A stretch of DNA of 61,513 nucleotides, from positions 1 through 61,513 of the forward strand of contig CAJQHK010000005.1 of the NCBI GenBank assembly GCA_905478165.1, given 5' to 3'. Shown here piece by piece: positions 29,710 through 41,100 of the stretch. Every line of letters begins with the position of its first letter. The first letter of the stretch is position 1. The notes under the pieces were generated by a model. It was given only the letters and a program-made list of their open reading frames with translations. It ran no database searches and was not told the origin of the DNA. This DNA comes from an uncultured Rickettsiales bacterium (GTDB taxonomy: Bacteria; Pseudomonadota; Alphaproteobacteria; Rickettsiales; UBA1997). The translations under genes were made by a program, and so were the position numbers.

Positions 29710-32247
29710 TTATATCTCTACCAAATCATTATTTAAGTTGTTACTAATGATTATTTCGTTACTGTTGGTTACGTTTTTTAAATCTGCCAAAATATTGCTA
29801 AAATCTTCTTTGACATTAATTGTAAATTTTTCAATAGTGGTTTTCATAGAAATATTTTGCTCAGATTTATATTTTCTAATTTCAAAAATAATTAGTAACA
29901 TTTCTTTACCAATTTTTAAAGAATTTTCATCAAAAAATTGTTCTTCTAATTTTGGCCAAGAGCCTCTTTGATGAATTGAGTTTATTTTATTTTCAAAGAT
30001 TACTTGATATATTTCTTCAGAAATATGTGGAATAAAGGGTGCAAATAATTTTAAAATACCCTCCAAAACATGATAAAGTGTAAAAATTGCACTTTTTTGC
30101 TCTAAAATTATTTTATTTTTTTGATCTTCGGTTAAATATTGATCCTGATATTTGGTGGCGCTCAGTCCATAAGCTCTAACCTTAACAATTTCTAGATAAT
30201 TATCACAAAAATCATTCCAAAAAAAATCTTCAATAATTTCGCGAGCCTTAGCATATTCAAATTTATCAAATTGCTCTTCCGAAGATTTAATAACCTCTTT
30301 AAGACGTGATAATATCCAAAAATCAGCTATTTGGTTTATATTTTGAGAATCGGTATCCTTTAAAATTGTTTTTGGCTTTCCTCCCTCTTCAAAAATATCA
30401 AAATTCATTGAAGCAAATTTTGCTGCATTGAATAATTTTGTAGTTAATTTTTGCCCAACCTTAAAAACATCTTCGCTATAGGCGGTATCCGTACCCAAAT
30501 GTGAAGTTGAAGCCCAATATCTTACAATATCCGAACCTTTTTCCTTAATAAGATTAATTGGAGTTACAACATTCCCCTTAGACTTACTCATTTTCGTCTT
30601 GTCAGATGCAAGACACCAACCAGAAATCATAAGATTTTTCCAAGGAATTTCGTTTTGATGTAAATAAGATTTGACAATTGTGTAAAATGCCCAAGTTCTA
30701 ATAATTTCATGAGCTTGCGGACGAAGATCGGCTGGAAATAATTTATTATGACGCTCAGAATCATCGCATAAATCTTGATTAATTCCTCCAGATGATAATT
30801 GTGGAGAAATTGAAGATGTCATCCAAGTATCCATAATATCAGTTTCCGCCTTAACTTCATCTCTATTGTACCCTTCTGGCAAATCTTTTTCTGGGTCGAT
30901 TGGTAATTGATCTAACTTTGGCAAGAGAATTCGACCCTCTTCGCCAGATCTTTTTGAATACCAAACTGGAAAATTAACACCAAAAAATCTTTGACGAGAA
31001 ATGCACCAATCCCAAGAAAGATTCTCTACCCATTGTAGGGCGCGAATTTTCATGAATTTTGGATGCCACTCGCATTGATTGATTTTATCGATTAATTCCT
31101 GCTTTTTATCGAGGATTTTAATAAACCACTGATCTTGAACCAGTATTTCAATTGCCACTCCAGACCTTTCTGCGATTTTTACGGAATGTTTGATTGGATC
31201 TGATTTTATTAATAGATTTTCTTCTTTTAAAATTTCAATTATAATTTTTCTAGCTTCCTTGATTGAGGTTCCTTCTATTTTTTGATACTGAGTATGATTA
31301 AAATTATCATTATTGATTTTCGAAATATCTTCAGTCGGAAGAATTTTTCCATTTTCAGAAAGGATTATCCTTAAATCTAAATCATGTTTTTTCCACCATT
31401 TAATGTCCATTTCATCACCAAAGGTACAGCACATTACTGCACCAGTCCCTTTATCCATTTTTACATCCTCATCTAAAATAATAGGAATCTTGACATTGAA
31501 AATTGGAGAAATTGCAAATTTTCCATGTAAATTTTTGTATTTTTCATCTTCAGGATGAATCATCACAGCAACACAAGCAGGAAGAAGTTCTGGACGAGTA
31601 GTCATAACGATTAAATCTTGATCTGTCTCGTTTATTTTAAAGATTATGTCATTTGCAAATGAATCAAACTCTTTATCGATCAAATCTGCACCAGCAAGCG
31701 CGGTTTTATCTGCAATATCCCAAAAAACTGGATCGAATTTTTTTTCAACAAGTTTTTTATTATATAAGTCAATGAAAGATGATTGAGCTAATTTTTGGGA
31801 CTTATCAGAGATTGTTTGATATTTTTGATTCCAATCGACAGAAAGTGCTATTTGACTAAAAAGATCTTCAAATTCTATCTCGGCATCAGCAACAATTTTT
31901 TTACATTCAAAAATGAATTCCCGCTTCTGCATTGAAACGGCCTTTCTTTTTATAGTTTTCTCAACCAACCTTTCGGTAGGAAGTCCATTATCATCAAACC
32001 CCATTGGATAGAAAACATCAAAACCCTTCATTCTTTTGTACCTAGCGATAAAATCTGCCTGACAATATGAAAAAATATGACCCATATGCAAAACACCAGA
32101 AACGGTTGGAGGAGGAGTATCTATGACAAAATTTCGCTCTTTTGGAAGATCGTTTTGCCATTTATAGACATCTTTTTCTTTCCAGCTATCTTGCCATTTA
32201 GATTCAATTTCTAAATGTTTATATTTTTTTGGTAATTTTGACATCAA
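29710..32247 (-). CDS. valS: Valine--tRNA ligase
   Basis: 845 aa, class-I synthetase, with the HIGH motif (GVLHMGH), KMSKS and an editing-domain insertion. Confidence 0.93.
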   Translation of the reverse strand: MMSKLPKKYKHLEIESKWQDSWKEKDVYKWQNDLPKERNFVIDTPPPTVSGVLHMGHIFSYCQADFIARYKRMKGFDVFYPMGFDDNGLPTERLVEKTIKRKAVSMQKREFIFECKKIVADAEIEFEDLFSQIALSVDWNQKYQTISDKSQKLAQSSFIDLYNKKLVEKKFDPVFWDIADKTALAGADLIDKEFDSFANDIIFKINETDQDLIVMTTRPELLPACVAVMIHPEDEKYKNLHGKFAISPIFNVKIPIILDEDVKMDKGTGAVMCCTFGDEMDIKWWKKHDLDLRIILSENGKILPTEDISKINNDNFNHTQYQKIEGTSIKEARKIIIEILKEENLLIKSDPIKHSVKIAERSGVAIEILVQDQWFIKILDKKQELIDKINQCEWHPKFMKIRALQWVENLSWDWCISRQRFFGVNFPVWYSKRSGEEGRILLPKLDQLPIDPEKDLPEGYNRDEVKAETDIMDTWMTSSISPQLSSGGINQDLCDDSERHNKLFPADLRPQAHEIIRTWAFYTIVKSYLHQNEIPWKNLMISGWCLASDKTKMSKSKGNVVTPINLIKEKGSDIVRYWASTSHLGTDTAYSEDVFKVGQKLTTKLFNAAKFASMNFDIFEEGGKPKTILKDTDSQNINQIADFWILSRLKEVIKSSEEQFDKFEYAKAREIIEDFFWNDFCDNYLEIVKVRAYGLSATKYQDQYLTEDQKNKIILEQKSAIFTLYHVLEGILKLFAPFIPHISEEIYQVIFENKINSIHQRGSWPKLEEQFFDENSLKIGKEMLLIIFEIRKYKSEQNISMKTTIEKFTINVKEDFSNILADLKNVTNSNEIIISNNLNNDLVEI

Positions 32248-32470
32248 TTTATTACTTTTTTTAAAATAACTTTATAATTGATAATTCAATTTATCTAGTG
32301 AATTTGTGAAGATTGTACTAAAATTAGATATTTTAATAAAAAATGATTTATTTTTTACACCTAAATACTGTAAATGAGCGTCATAACGAATGTGAGACAG
32401 TATTTTTTAGTGAATGAAGATAATTATCTAATTGTAAAAAATAGGGCGCTTAAATTTTCTTAATTTATTA

Positions 32471-32644
32471 ATACCAAGATCCACCCTAAAAACTATGTTA
32501 AAAAACTAAATAATCTATCTTAATTTGCTAACTTATCATTAATAAAAAATGACTATAATATATCGATATTTCACAAGGCTTTTTGTATATAATAGGTGAA
32601 AAACAGTCAAGATAGGTTGTTTATTTTAAGGTGGATTTCGGTAT
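32471..32644. repeat. Family P2 element carrying an internal insertion (174 bp, inverted relative to 20169-20253)
   Basis: The ends are ataccaagatccaccctaaaaactatgttaaaaaactaaataatctatctta and caagataggttgtttattttaaggtggatttcggtat. They align with the reverse complement of the 20.2-kb copy. Confidence 0.7.
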
Positions 32645-32885
32645 AAGATAACACTATATCCAGAATTTTAGATTGCTGACAATGTCTTTACTGTTAACAG
32701 TTCTTACCTCGAGAGGTAAGAAGTTACTGAGATTGAGGACAATGCTTATTGCGGAGTTTTTGAGTGGATTGTCATTTTTATTATTACATTATAAGTCTTG
32801 ATCGCCTATTTTTGAAATCTGGGTGGTAATAAATTTATTAACATTTAAAAAATACATATTTCCAGATAGTGCGAGAGCGATTATT

Positions 32886-33566
32886 CTAAAATATTGATGT
32901 TACCTCTTTCACAGATAACTTATGCTCTAAGCTTAATTTTTGACAAAAATTTCTAATATTATCACTAAAACAGATAATTTTTTTATTAGATAAATCTATA
33001 TTCTCCTTTTTACATAAATTAAAAAATACTCTAACCCCATTTTGAGAAAATAAAGCAATGCTATTTATGATATTATTCTTTAAATTAAAAATTATCTCTT
33101 TTGACAATGATTTAGAATTAATTTTATAGACTATCTGTCGAATTGCGTCATAATTTTCATTTTGCAATTTTTTTGATATATCAATAGTAATTATTTCTCC
33201 CGAAAGATAGAGAATTTTTTGAGCCCTATTAATTTGTTGTTTTTGAATAATTTGATCTAATAAGGATTTTGCTGAATTTTTGCCAAAAATTATATTTTTA
33301 TAACCCAAATTCGACAAAATACTTGCTGAAAACTCTCCGACAGTAAAAATTCTGTTATTTTTAGAAATTTGTAATTTTTCCAAAGCAAAGATAGCATTCA
33401 TACTGGTAATTATGATAACATATTCGCTATTTAACTCCTCTAAAGGTAGTTCTTCGACCTCTAAAATGTCAGAATTAATTATTTTATACCCCAGTTCCTG
33501 AAAATTAATTAACCCCCTATTATATTTATTATTAGATCTGATAAGAAGAATTGGCTCTAAATACAT
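32886..33566 (-). CDS. hemD: Uroporphyrinogen-III synthase (probable)
   Basis: 226 aa with the weak but characteristic two-lobed HemD pattern: ILLIRS, VIIITSMNAI, IFTVGEFSA..L..LGY, ILYLSGE, IALFSQNGV. This family is poorly conserved, so confidence is moderate. Confidence 0.6.
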   Translation of the reverse strand: MYLEPILLIRSNNKYNRGLINFQELGYKIINSDILEVEELPLEELNSEYVIIITSMNAIFALEKLQISKNNRIFTVGEFSASILSNLGYKNIIFGKNSAKSLLDQIIQKQQINRAQKILYLSGEIITIDISKKLQNENYDAIRQIVYKINSKSLSKEIIFNLKNNIINSIALFSQNGVRVFFNLCKKENIDLSNKKIICFSDNIRNFCQKLSLEHKLSVKEVTSIF

Positions 33567-34732
33567 TAAAATTTATACTCATATTTTAAATATAATATTG
33601 CCGACTCAGTTTCTTCGTTACTGGTTTTTTTATTGATTACCTCCCTATTGTAACCAATGCGAGTCGACAAGCCATTTAAAATATTATTTTTATTAAACTT
33701 ATAACCCAAAGAAATTTCATCTATGTCTTTATCGATATTATTAGTGCCTATCTCAAAATGCTTCACTTTAAATATAGTGTAGGTTAGGTGATAATTTTGA
33801 TAAAGATTAAGTGTAATATATTTAGTTAATAAGTGTGAATTTTTTAAATTACTACCCCCGTAATTATCTAAAAAAACATATTCAATAAAGATTTTTGGCA
33901 GTATGTTTTTAGTTACCGGAATTTGATAATTTATATTTGCCACATAAGATTTTTGATCAGACACCTCTAACCTTTCAACATCGTACCCTCGGTCAGCAAT
34001 AGCCGATTTTACATAACCAAAATGATATGTTAATTTTTCATCATTACCAAAATCGTAACTAATATCTAAAGCTGCATAATATGAAGCAAATAAAGACTTA
34101 TCATCGCCGCTTTTAGTGGTATTATTACCGATATACTCTCTTTTGGTAATACGTGAATTGTCTGAATATTTATCATCATTAAAATAACTACCCAGAGTTA
34201 AAAGATACTTACCATTACCATCTTCCCTACCACCTTTTAAAACTCCCCCTAAAGCAAACTTTTCATTAAATTGATAATATTCTAAGGATTTATTTAAAAT
34301 CCACATATACTGACTTTTTTTCCAGGCATTGCCAAAATTAAGAGTTTTTTTACCAGCAAAAAGATCTAAATTATTTGTACTATATTTTAAATATAACTTC
34401 TCAAGATAAGCGCCATGATTTTCAAAAGATCTCGTACCAGATCCGGTTAACGACTTATCTCTCATTTCATTTTCTAAATTTTGCTTCATTTTAGAAGATT
34501 TAATAACAGAATTTAGAGATAATTGATCGGTAATATTTGCTCTTAGGCTTAATTTTGTCCTATTGTAATAATCCTTATATATATTTTTTTTATTATTAGA
34601 GGTATAGTTGTCAACAAAAAAAAATTCTGTCTTAATTTTTCCTGAAATAAATTTGTTATCACCCTCTGTAGCAAAGGAGTTTTTACTTACTATTAACAAG
34701 ATTACTATTATGAGATATTTTATTATTGTCAT
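33566..34732 (-). CDS. Predicted outer-membrane beta-barrel (porin-like) protein
   Basis: 388 aa with a signal peptide (LIIVILLIVSKNSFATEG), an alternating aromatic/hydrophilic strand pattern and a C-terminal ...YLKYEYKF ending in Phe. Its stop overlaps the hemD ATG by 1 nt. Confidence 0.55.
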   Translation of the reverse strand: MTIIKYLIIVILLIVSKNSFATEGDNKFISGKIKTEFFFVDNYTSNNKKNIYKDYYNRTKLSLRANITDQLSLNSVIKSSKMKQNLENEMRDKSLTGSGTRSFENHGAYLEKLYLKYSTNNLDLFAGKKTLNFGNAWKKSQYMWILNKSLEYYQFNEKFALGGVLKGGREDGNGKYLLTLGSYFNDDKYSDNSRITKREYIGNNTTKSGDDKSLFASYYAALDISYDFGNDEKLTYHFGYVKSAIADRGYDVERLEVSDQKSYVANINYQIPVTKNILPKIFIEYVFLDNYGGSNLKNSHLLTKYITLNLYQNYHLTYTIFKVKHFEIGTNNIDKDIDEISLGYKFNKNNILNGLSTRIGYNREVINKKTSNEETESAILYLKYEYKF

Positions 34733-34790
34733 AAGCTAATTGTAAGTAATGTTTAAATAAACAATCGAGACCTTGATTGATGCAAAAATC

Positions 34791-34868
34791 ATACCAAAAT
34801 CTTTTTTCTTTTAGATTTTATTTTTAATTGTAGTCGTAACTTACTACTTCAAGATTAAAAATGAAATT
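34791..34868. repeat. Family P5 repeat fragment
   Basis: ataccaaaatcttttttcttttagattttatttttaattgtagtcgtaacttactacttcaagattaaaaatgaa aligns closely with 6665-6722. Confidence 0.65.
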
Positions 34869-34916
34869 AATAAAAGGGAAAAATGCATATAAAATATGGG
34901 TTACTTTATACAGCTC

Positions 34917-35654
34917 CTAATATTTAAATTTAATATTCATCCTTTTCCAAATACCATACTTATCTTTTGGCAGATTTCGAAGAGGACTGCAACCTTTCAG
35001 AGTCTTAACGATTGAAATGGTTATTTTATGCAAAATTTTCTTATCAACCTTACTTAGTTCGATCTGATTAGTAAAGATCATATTATTGTAATCAATTATC
35101 CCATTCAACATCACATGGACATTAACACTGACATTGATATTAAGTTTTTCAAAATTCTTTTTAGATTCTTGATAACACCTAGTAACTTGAAGTTTAAGGT
35201 TCGCTCTTTCTCTTCCAGAAATGCCGAAATCATCAACCCCAGTATATTCTGCGATGTCTCGAATAATTTTTTTAGGTATTTTTTTTTCCTTACCGCCCTT
35301 TTTAACCTCTTTTTTTAATTTTTTTGTCACTTTTGGAGGTCTTTTTTTAACAGTTTTCTTCTTTTTAGGAGTTTTGTTAATTATTGTTTTTTCTGGTATT
35401 TCTTTTTTGATTTTTGGAGCTTGTTTAGTTTTTTTTGGTTTTAATTTAGGCTTTATTTTGGGTTCTGTCTTTACCCTTGATTTATTTTGAATCTTTTTTT
35501 TTGTTTGGGCTTTTTTAATTTTTTGCTCAATAATATTAACCTTTATTTCTTTTACTTCTTTTGGTTTTTGATGATTAGATCCTGCCATATTAAAGATTAT
35601 GATAAGGATAACTAAAATATGAAATAACGATGAAAAAACAACACTTCTGATCAT
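34917..35654 (-). CDS. TolA/TonB-like envelope-spanning protein
   Basis: 245 aa with an N-terminal TM anchor and a long Lys/Pro-rich linker (KPKLKPKKTKQAPKIKK...). The roughly 100-aa C-terminal domain resembles alphaproteobacterial TolA (LKLQVTRCY...NVHVMLNGII...GCSPLRNLP). No tolQRB genes are adjacent. Confidence 0.55.
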   Translation of the reverse strand: MIRSVVFSSLFHILVILIIIFNMAGSNHQKPKEVKEIKVNIIEQKIKKAQTKKKIQNKSRVKTEPKIKPKLKPKKTKQAPKIKKEIPEKTIINKTPKKKKTVKKRPPKVTKKLKKEVKKGGKEKKIPKKIIRDIAEYTGVDDFGISGRERANLKLQVTRCYQESKKNFEKLNINVSVNVHVMLNGIIDYNNMIFTNQIELSKVDKKILHKITISIVKTLKGCSPLRNLPKDKYGIWKRMNIKFKY

Positions 35655-35811
35655 ACCTTATTCCATTTTCCACCTATAATACTGGATAAGTAATGGCATG
35701 ATCTAGCTTCTTCTTTTAGATCTTTAATTACCAAAAAACCTTTCACCCTATCAACATAGGTCAGTCGTTTTTTGACAATTTTAACCTTACAATATTTTAC
35801 TATGTAATGCA

Positions 35812-36459
35812 TTATAAATGGGAATTAGTATTATTCTTTTTACAAAGATTTTCTATTATGCATTCATTACATTTTGCCTTTCTGGCAGTGCATATGTATC
35901 GTCCATGTAAAATAAGCCAATGATGAGCGTGTAATTGCCATTTTGGCGGTACTTTTTTAAGAATTTTTTTAGCAGTTTTGTCAATTGTATTCTCACTCAC
36001 TAAGCCGATTCTATTACTAACTCTAAAAACATGAGTATCAACTGCAATAGTTTTTTTGCCAAAAGCGCAGTTCAGAACTACATTTGCGGTTTTTTCTCCA
36101 ACCCCAGGTAATTTGATTAAATCTTCAAAATTATCTGGTATGATGGCATTATATTTTTCATCTAAAATTTTTGATAAATTCATAATATTTTTTGCTTTCG
36201 AGTTGAAAAGCCCAATTGTTTTAATATAAGTTTTTAGATTCTCTTCACCTAAGTTTAAAATATCTTTCGGGTTTTTAACGATTTTAAATAAGGGTGTAGT
36301 GGCCTTGTTAACGCCGATATCAGTTGCCTGTGCAGAAAGTACAACAGCAACCAAAAGTGTAAAATTATTACAAAAATTTAACTCTGTTTTTGGTTCTGGA
36401 TTTTGCTTAGAGAAAAGATCAAAAATTTGATTAACTTCTTTTGTTTTTAATAAAGTCAT
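35812..36459 (-). CDS. nth: Endonuclease III
   Basis: 215 aa with the HhH-GPD motif [13 protein letters not shown] and a C-terminal C-x6-C-x2-C-x5-C iron-sulfur cluster loop. Confidence 0.9.
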   Translation of the reverse strand: MTLLKTKEVNQIFDLFSKQNPEPKTELNFCNNFTLLVAVVLSAQATDIGVNKATTPLFKIVKNPKDILNLGEENLKTYIKTIGLFNSKAKNIMNLSKILDEKYNAIIPDNFEDLIKLPGVGEKTANVVLNCAFGKKTIAVDTHVFRVSNRIGLVSENTIDKTAKKILKKVPPKWQLHAHHWLILHGRYICTARKAKCNECIIENLCKKNNTNSHL

Positions 36460-36672
36460 TTATAATATTTATATCATTTAAAAGAATTGTTAAAATCAAC
36501 GCTTATTGGGATCGCCTGTGTAGTGGATATCGTTCCGCATGAATTCTTTTAAATTAAGAAGTGCAAAGTTAAAAAAGAGGATGGCATCAAAGAAGAGTTT
36601 TTAGATTCCTTACAATCCTTCATTATATAAATAACCTCCTTTTAAGGAGTTCCTTACAGTGATAAATTAAAT

Positions 36673-38112
36673 ATGCCAAATTTCCTAAAAATTATCTCTA
36701 TTACCCTGTTATTTTGCAATATAAATAACGCCTTATCTAGTGAAATTTTTTTATTAAACCCAAATTCTATTAAAGAAGAGCTAAAAAAAAACCCAGCCAG
36801 AATTAAAGAAATAGAAAATTATTTTATAAATAGTAAAATTAGCAATAACGATATTCTTGAAAATTTTGACCCCAAATTAACTGGATCTTATTCTTATGAA
36901 AAAACTAAACAATCATTCCAAAATTTTTTCCCTTCTATCTCCCCCTATACTAACTTTACAACAGCTATAGAAAAAAGTTTTCAATCGGGTATTGATACCA
37001 AAATTGGCAACATTTCTTATCGTCGTAAATATGTCAGTAATAGGCCGGAGACTAGAAATGCTTTATTCTTTAAAACCTCGATTGATCTTTATAAGAATTT
37101 TTTTGGCAAAACTTCTAAATCAAAAGTAAAAAATGCAGCTTTTCAAATAGAAATTTCAGATCTACAAAGGCAAATTGATAGTAAAATTTTTCAATTTTTA
37201 GTTCTAAAAACTTATTACGACCTGGTTCTTAATCAGGAATCCATCAATATCTCAGAAAGATTGTTAAAATTATCAAAAAAACAATTTAAAGATTTGCAAA
37301 AAAAATTTAAAAGCAAAATTGCCGATATTGATGATGTTGAAAGACAGAAAATTGAAGTCACCACTCGTCATAGTAAAATTTTATCACTAAAAAAAGAAAG
37401 AGAGTTTTATTTAAAGCAATTAAGGCGACAACTACCTAACCTATCTCAAAAAAAAATAAAATTATCAAAATATAATTATGACCAGATTGAGCGTAAATTC
37501 CTAGACCTAACCTTTTCTATCAGTTCTAAAATCTCAACTCCAAAGGAATATAGCCTATATGATGAAATTTTAGTCAAAGAGAAGCAATCATATCAAATGC
37601 AGAAAAAAATTAATTCTACCTATAGCGATATTGACGTTAAGCTAAATGCTGAAATTCAAAAATTTGATGGCAATAATAGTCTCTCCGATTCTTACGACAA
37701 CATCTCTTCCAATAAGGATAGTCAATATTACTCTGTTGGAGCCGAAATTGTAATACCTCTTGGTAGAGTTAAAAAAAATAATGAAAGATTAAAAATTAAA
37801 TCTAGCCACTTATCTTACTTAACAAAGAAAGAGAAATTATTATCAGAACTCGATTCTTACCATCTAGATTTTGTTAACAACTCTTACCTACTTCGGGAAT
37901 CTTTAAAAAATCAAACTATTAATGTCAAAAGTTCAGAAATTATCCTGAATGAATCTCGCAAGAAATACAAACAAGCCAGGATTTCACTTCAGAGATTAAT
38001 TGATGATCAAAATATGCTCTTAGAAACATCTCTTACTAAAATAGCGATCTCTCGACAATTTTTAGATTTAATTTTTAATTATTTAACGATTTTCACTCTT
38101 CTAGATGTATAA
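36673..38112 (+). CDS. TolC-family outer-membrane efflux protein
   Basis: 479 aa with a signal peptide (ISITLLFCNINNALS) and two long coiled-coil/beta repeats typical of OEP proteins. It overlaps the RND pump start by 8 nt. Confidence 0.7.
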   Translation: MPNFLKIISITLLFCNINNALSSEIFLLNPNSIKEELKKNPARIKEIENYFINSKISNNDILENFDPKLTGSYSYEKTKQSFQNFFPSISPYTNFTTAIEKSFQSGIDTKIGNISYRRKYVSNRPETRNALFFKTSIDLYKNFFGKTSKSKVKNAAFQIEISDLQRQIDSKIFQFLVLKTYYDLVLNQESINISERLLKLSKKQFKDLQKKFKSKIADIDDVERQKIEVTTRHSKILSLKKEREFYLKQLRRQLPNLSQKKIKLSKYNYDQIERKFLDLTFSISSKISTPKEYSLYDEILVKEKQSYQMQKKINSTYSDIDVKLNAEIQKFDGNNSLSDSYDNISSNKDSQYYSVGAEIVIPLGRVKKNNERLKIKSSHLSYLTKKEKLLSELDSYHLDFVNNSYLLRESLKNQTINVKSSEIILNESRKKYKQARISLQRLIDDQNMLLETSLTKIAISRQFLDLIFNYLTIFTLLDV

Positions 38113-41100
38113 AATTACTGAATTCTTTATTAATAATAGCAAATTTACCGCCGTAATTACGGCTACAATTATATTGATTGGCGTCTATTCAATGCTAAAT
38201 ATAAGATCCGAGACTCGTCCGCCAGTTGATTTTGCAACGGCAGTTATTTTAACCAACTATCCTGGCGCCTCAGCCGCTGACATTGAGGTAAAAATTACTA
38301 AACCAATTGAGGATGAAATTTTAACAGTAAGTGACGTAAAAGATATTAAATCCGTGAGCCAACCGGGGAAAAGCACCATCACAATTCGCCTTGATATTGA
38401 TAAAAGAGGATTGAATGTTGACAAAACTATGTCAGATTTACAAAAAGCAATAGATCGTACCCCAAATTTACCCCTAGATTTAGAAGAAAATCCAATTTTT
38501 ACCGAGATTAAGTCTGAAGAAATTCTAGTGCTTCAACTGGCAATTACTGGTTCAAACGAAGACAGGAAGAGAGATATTGTTACCAAAATTATCAAAGACA
38601 ATTTAGAGAAAGATAAGGATATTAAAAAGGTTTTGCTTCGCGGTTATAAGAAAAGGAGGTTTAAGATTGATTTAGACCCCTTAAAAATGTCACAAAATAA
38701 TATTAGTATTTTAGAGGTGGTCAATAAAATTAAATCTCGCAATGTATCAATTCCAAGTGGCAATATTGAATCCAACTCAATTCAAGCCTTAACTCGAATT
38801 GAGGCTAAGATCCAAAATGTCACTGATTTAGAAAATATCATCATTCGATCTAATTTTAATGGACAAACTATCAAATTAAAAGATTTGTCTCAGATTTTAG
38901 ATAGTACGGAGGAAATTGATGTTATCACCAGTTTTAATGGAGAAGATGCCACGCTTCTTGATGTATATAAAAAATCTGGCACCGACATTCTTAAGCTCAT
39001 AGAGAAAATTCAGGAAAAAATCATTACTTACAAAAATCAGTACCCAGACATTAATTTGGAAACTGCCTATAATGAGTCGATCGAGGTTAAGGGTCGATTA
39101 AAAATCCTAACTTCTAATGCCCTTATTGGTTTAATCATCGTCCTTTGTTCTCTTTTTGTATTTTTGCCTTTTAGGGTTGCGATTTACTCCTCAATCTCTT
39201 TGCCAATTGTTATTTCGGCGATAATTGGTTTTATGGTATTTTTTAACCTCACCCTAAATACCATTACAATCTTATCTCTGGTTATTGTCCTTGGTATGCT
39301 TGTTGATGATAGTGTTATTATTAGTGAAAATTTTTCTAAATATTACCGTCGCGGCTACAATTCTCGTAAAGCTGCAATTTTACCTATTAAAAACCTTGCC
39401 TTTCCAATTTCAATAACAATTTTTACTACTATTGCCGCCTTCCTACCAATGTTAATTACTAAAGGCGTCATGGGTCAATTTATTAAATGGATTCCGATTA
39501 TCGTATCTTTAGCTTTATTCCTGTCTTTAATTGAATCATTTTGGTTGTTACCGGCTCGCCTTGCTTCAATTAAAAATAAATTAAACCACAAAATTAAAGA
39601 AATAGACTGGTTTACAAGGTTTGAGATTCTCTTTGAAAAAATGATTTTTATTTTAGTTAAAAAAAGATATTTAATGTTACTTTCTTTCATTGGTGTTATC
39701 TTTATTTCCTTCTTCTTCCTTGGTAAAAATAAATTTATCCTCTTTCCAAATGAGCAAGTTAAAAATTATATCGTTCGCGTTAAATTAGATAAAAATATCA
39801 AGATTGAAACCACTAATGAATTATTGAAAAATGCAGCCAATAAAATTTTTAAAAAATTAGAAGATAATATCGATACAATTACGGGCTTTTCTGGAGTTTC
39901 AGACTTCAAGGAGCATTTACCAAAATATTCTCGCGGTGAAAATGTGGCCTACATGTCAATTAATGTTAATGATTATACTGAATATAATATTTCTGCATCA
40001 AAAATTATCTCTAAATTAAAAGAGATTGATTTTACCGAATTTACAGAGATTTCTTTTGAAGGAGCGGTTAACGGACCTCCAATTGGCAATGATATTGAGG
40101 CCGTAATTCAATCTAACAATTCAAAAGATATTGATCAGATGATTTCTTTGATTATTAATGACATCAAGGATATTGATGGGATCTCAAACCTTTCTAATGA
40201 CGATGTTATTGGTGAGGATGAGATTTTTATTAATTTTGATTACGAAAAGATTAATCGTTTTAATCTTGATATTTTAGATATTTCCAAGGCCGTCAGAACT
40301 GCAATTGCTGGACAAATTGTTTCCGACGTAACTCTAAATAATGAAGATGTGGATCTTTTTGTTAGATTTAAAGATCAAAAAAGGAGTTCGTTAGAAGATC
40401 TAAAAAATATTATTATTTTTGATCAAAATCAAAACCTTATTTTGCTTAAAGATTTGGCCAGTTTTGAAAAAAAATTAGGTAGCGCTTTCGTTAAAAGATT
40501 TGATAATCAAAGATCAAAAACTTTAATTGGTAATGTCGATGAAAATATTACCACTCCAACCGCAGCTAACCAATTAGCTAGAAACGCTTTTAAAAAATAT
40601 CAAAATCAATTTCCTGGGATTTCAGTTAAATTTGCCGGAGTTGAAGAGAGTACCAACGAGTCTTTACAAAGCCTTCTTTCAGCTTTCCAATTGTCAGTTA
40701 TTTTAATTTTTGCTATGCTAGTCTTGTTATTTAAAAGCTATCTTAAACCATTAATTATTTTAACAACGGTTCCGCTTGGATTTTTTGGCTTTGCTATAGC
40801 ATTCTACCTACATGGAAAACCTCTTTCATTTATGGCGATGATCGGAATTATTGGCCTTGGAGGTATAATAGTTAATTCAGGAATTATTTTAATCAGCTAT
40901 ATTGATCAACTGAGAAGGGAATTAGGGAATCAAAAGAGTTTACAGGAAATTCTTTCCTACGCCTCCGCAATGAGACTTCGTTCTGTTACCATAACATCCT
41001 TCACAACAATCGCTGGCCTCTTCCCAACTGCCTATGGTCTTGGCGGTTATGACCCAATATTATCTCCAATGACGCTTGCAATGCTTTGGGGCTTAAGCGC

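Noticed and set aside
36538-36603. 21-codon basic mini-ORF MNSFKLRSAKLKKRMASKKSF in the nth/tolC-like spacer.
   Set aside because: It matches no small ribosomal protein or known leader peptide. Lys-rich frames are expected by chance in AT-rich DNA.
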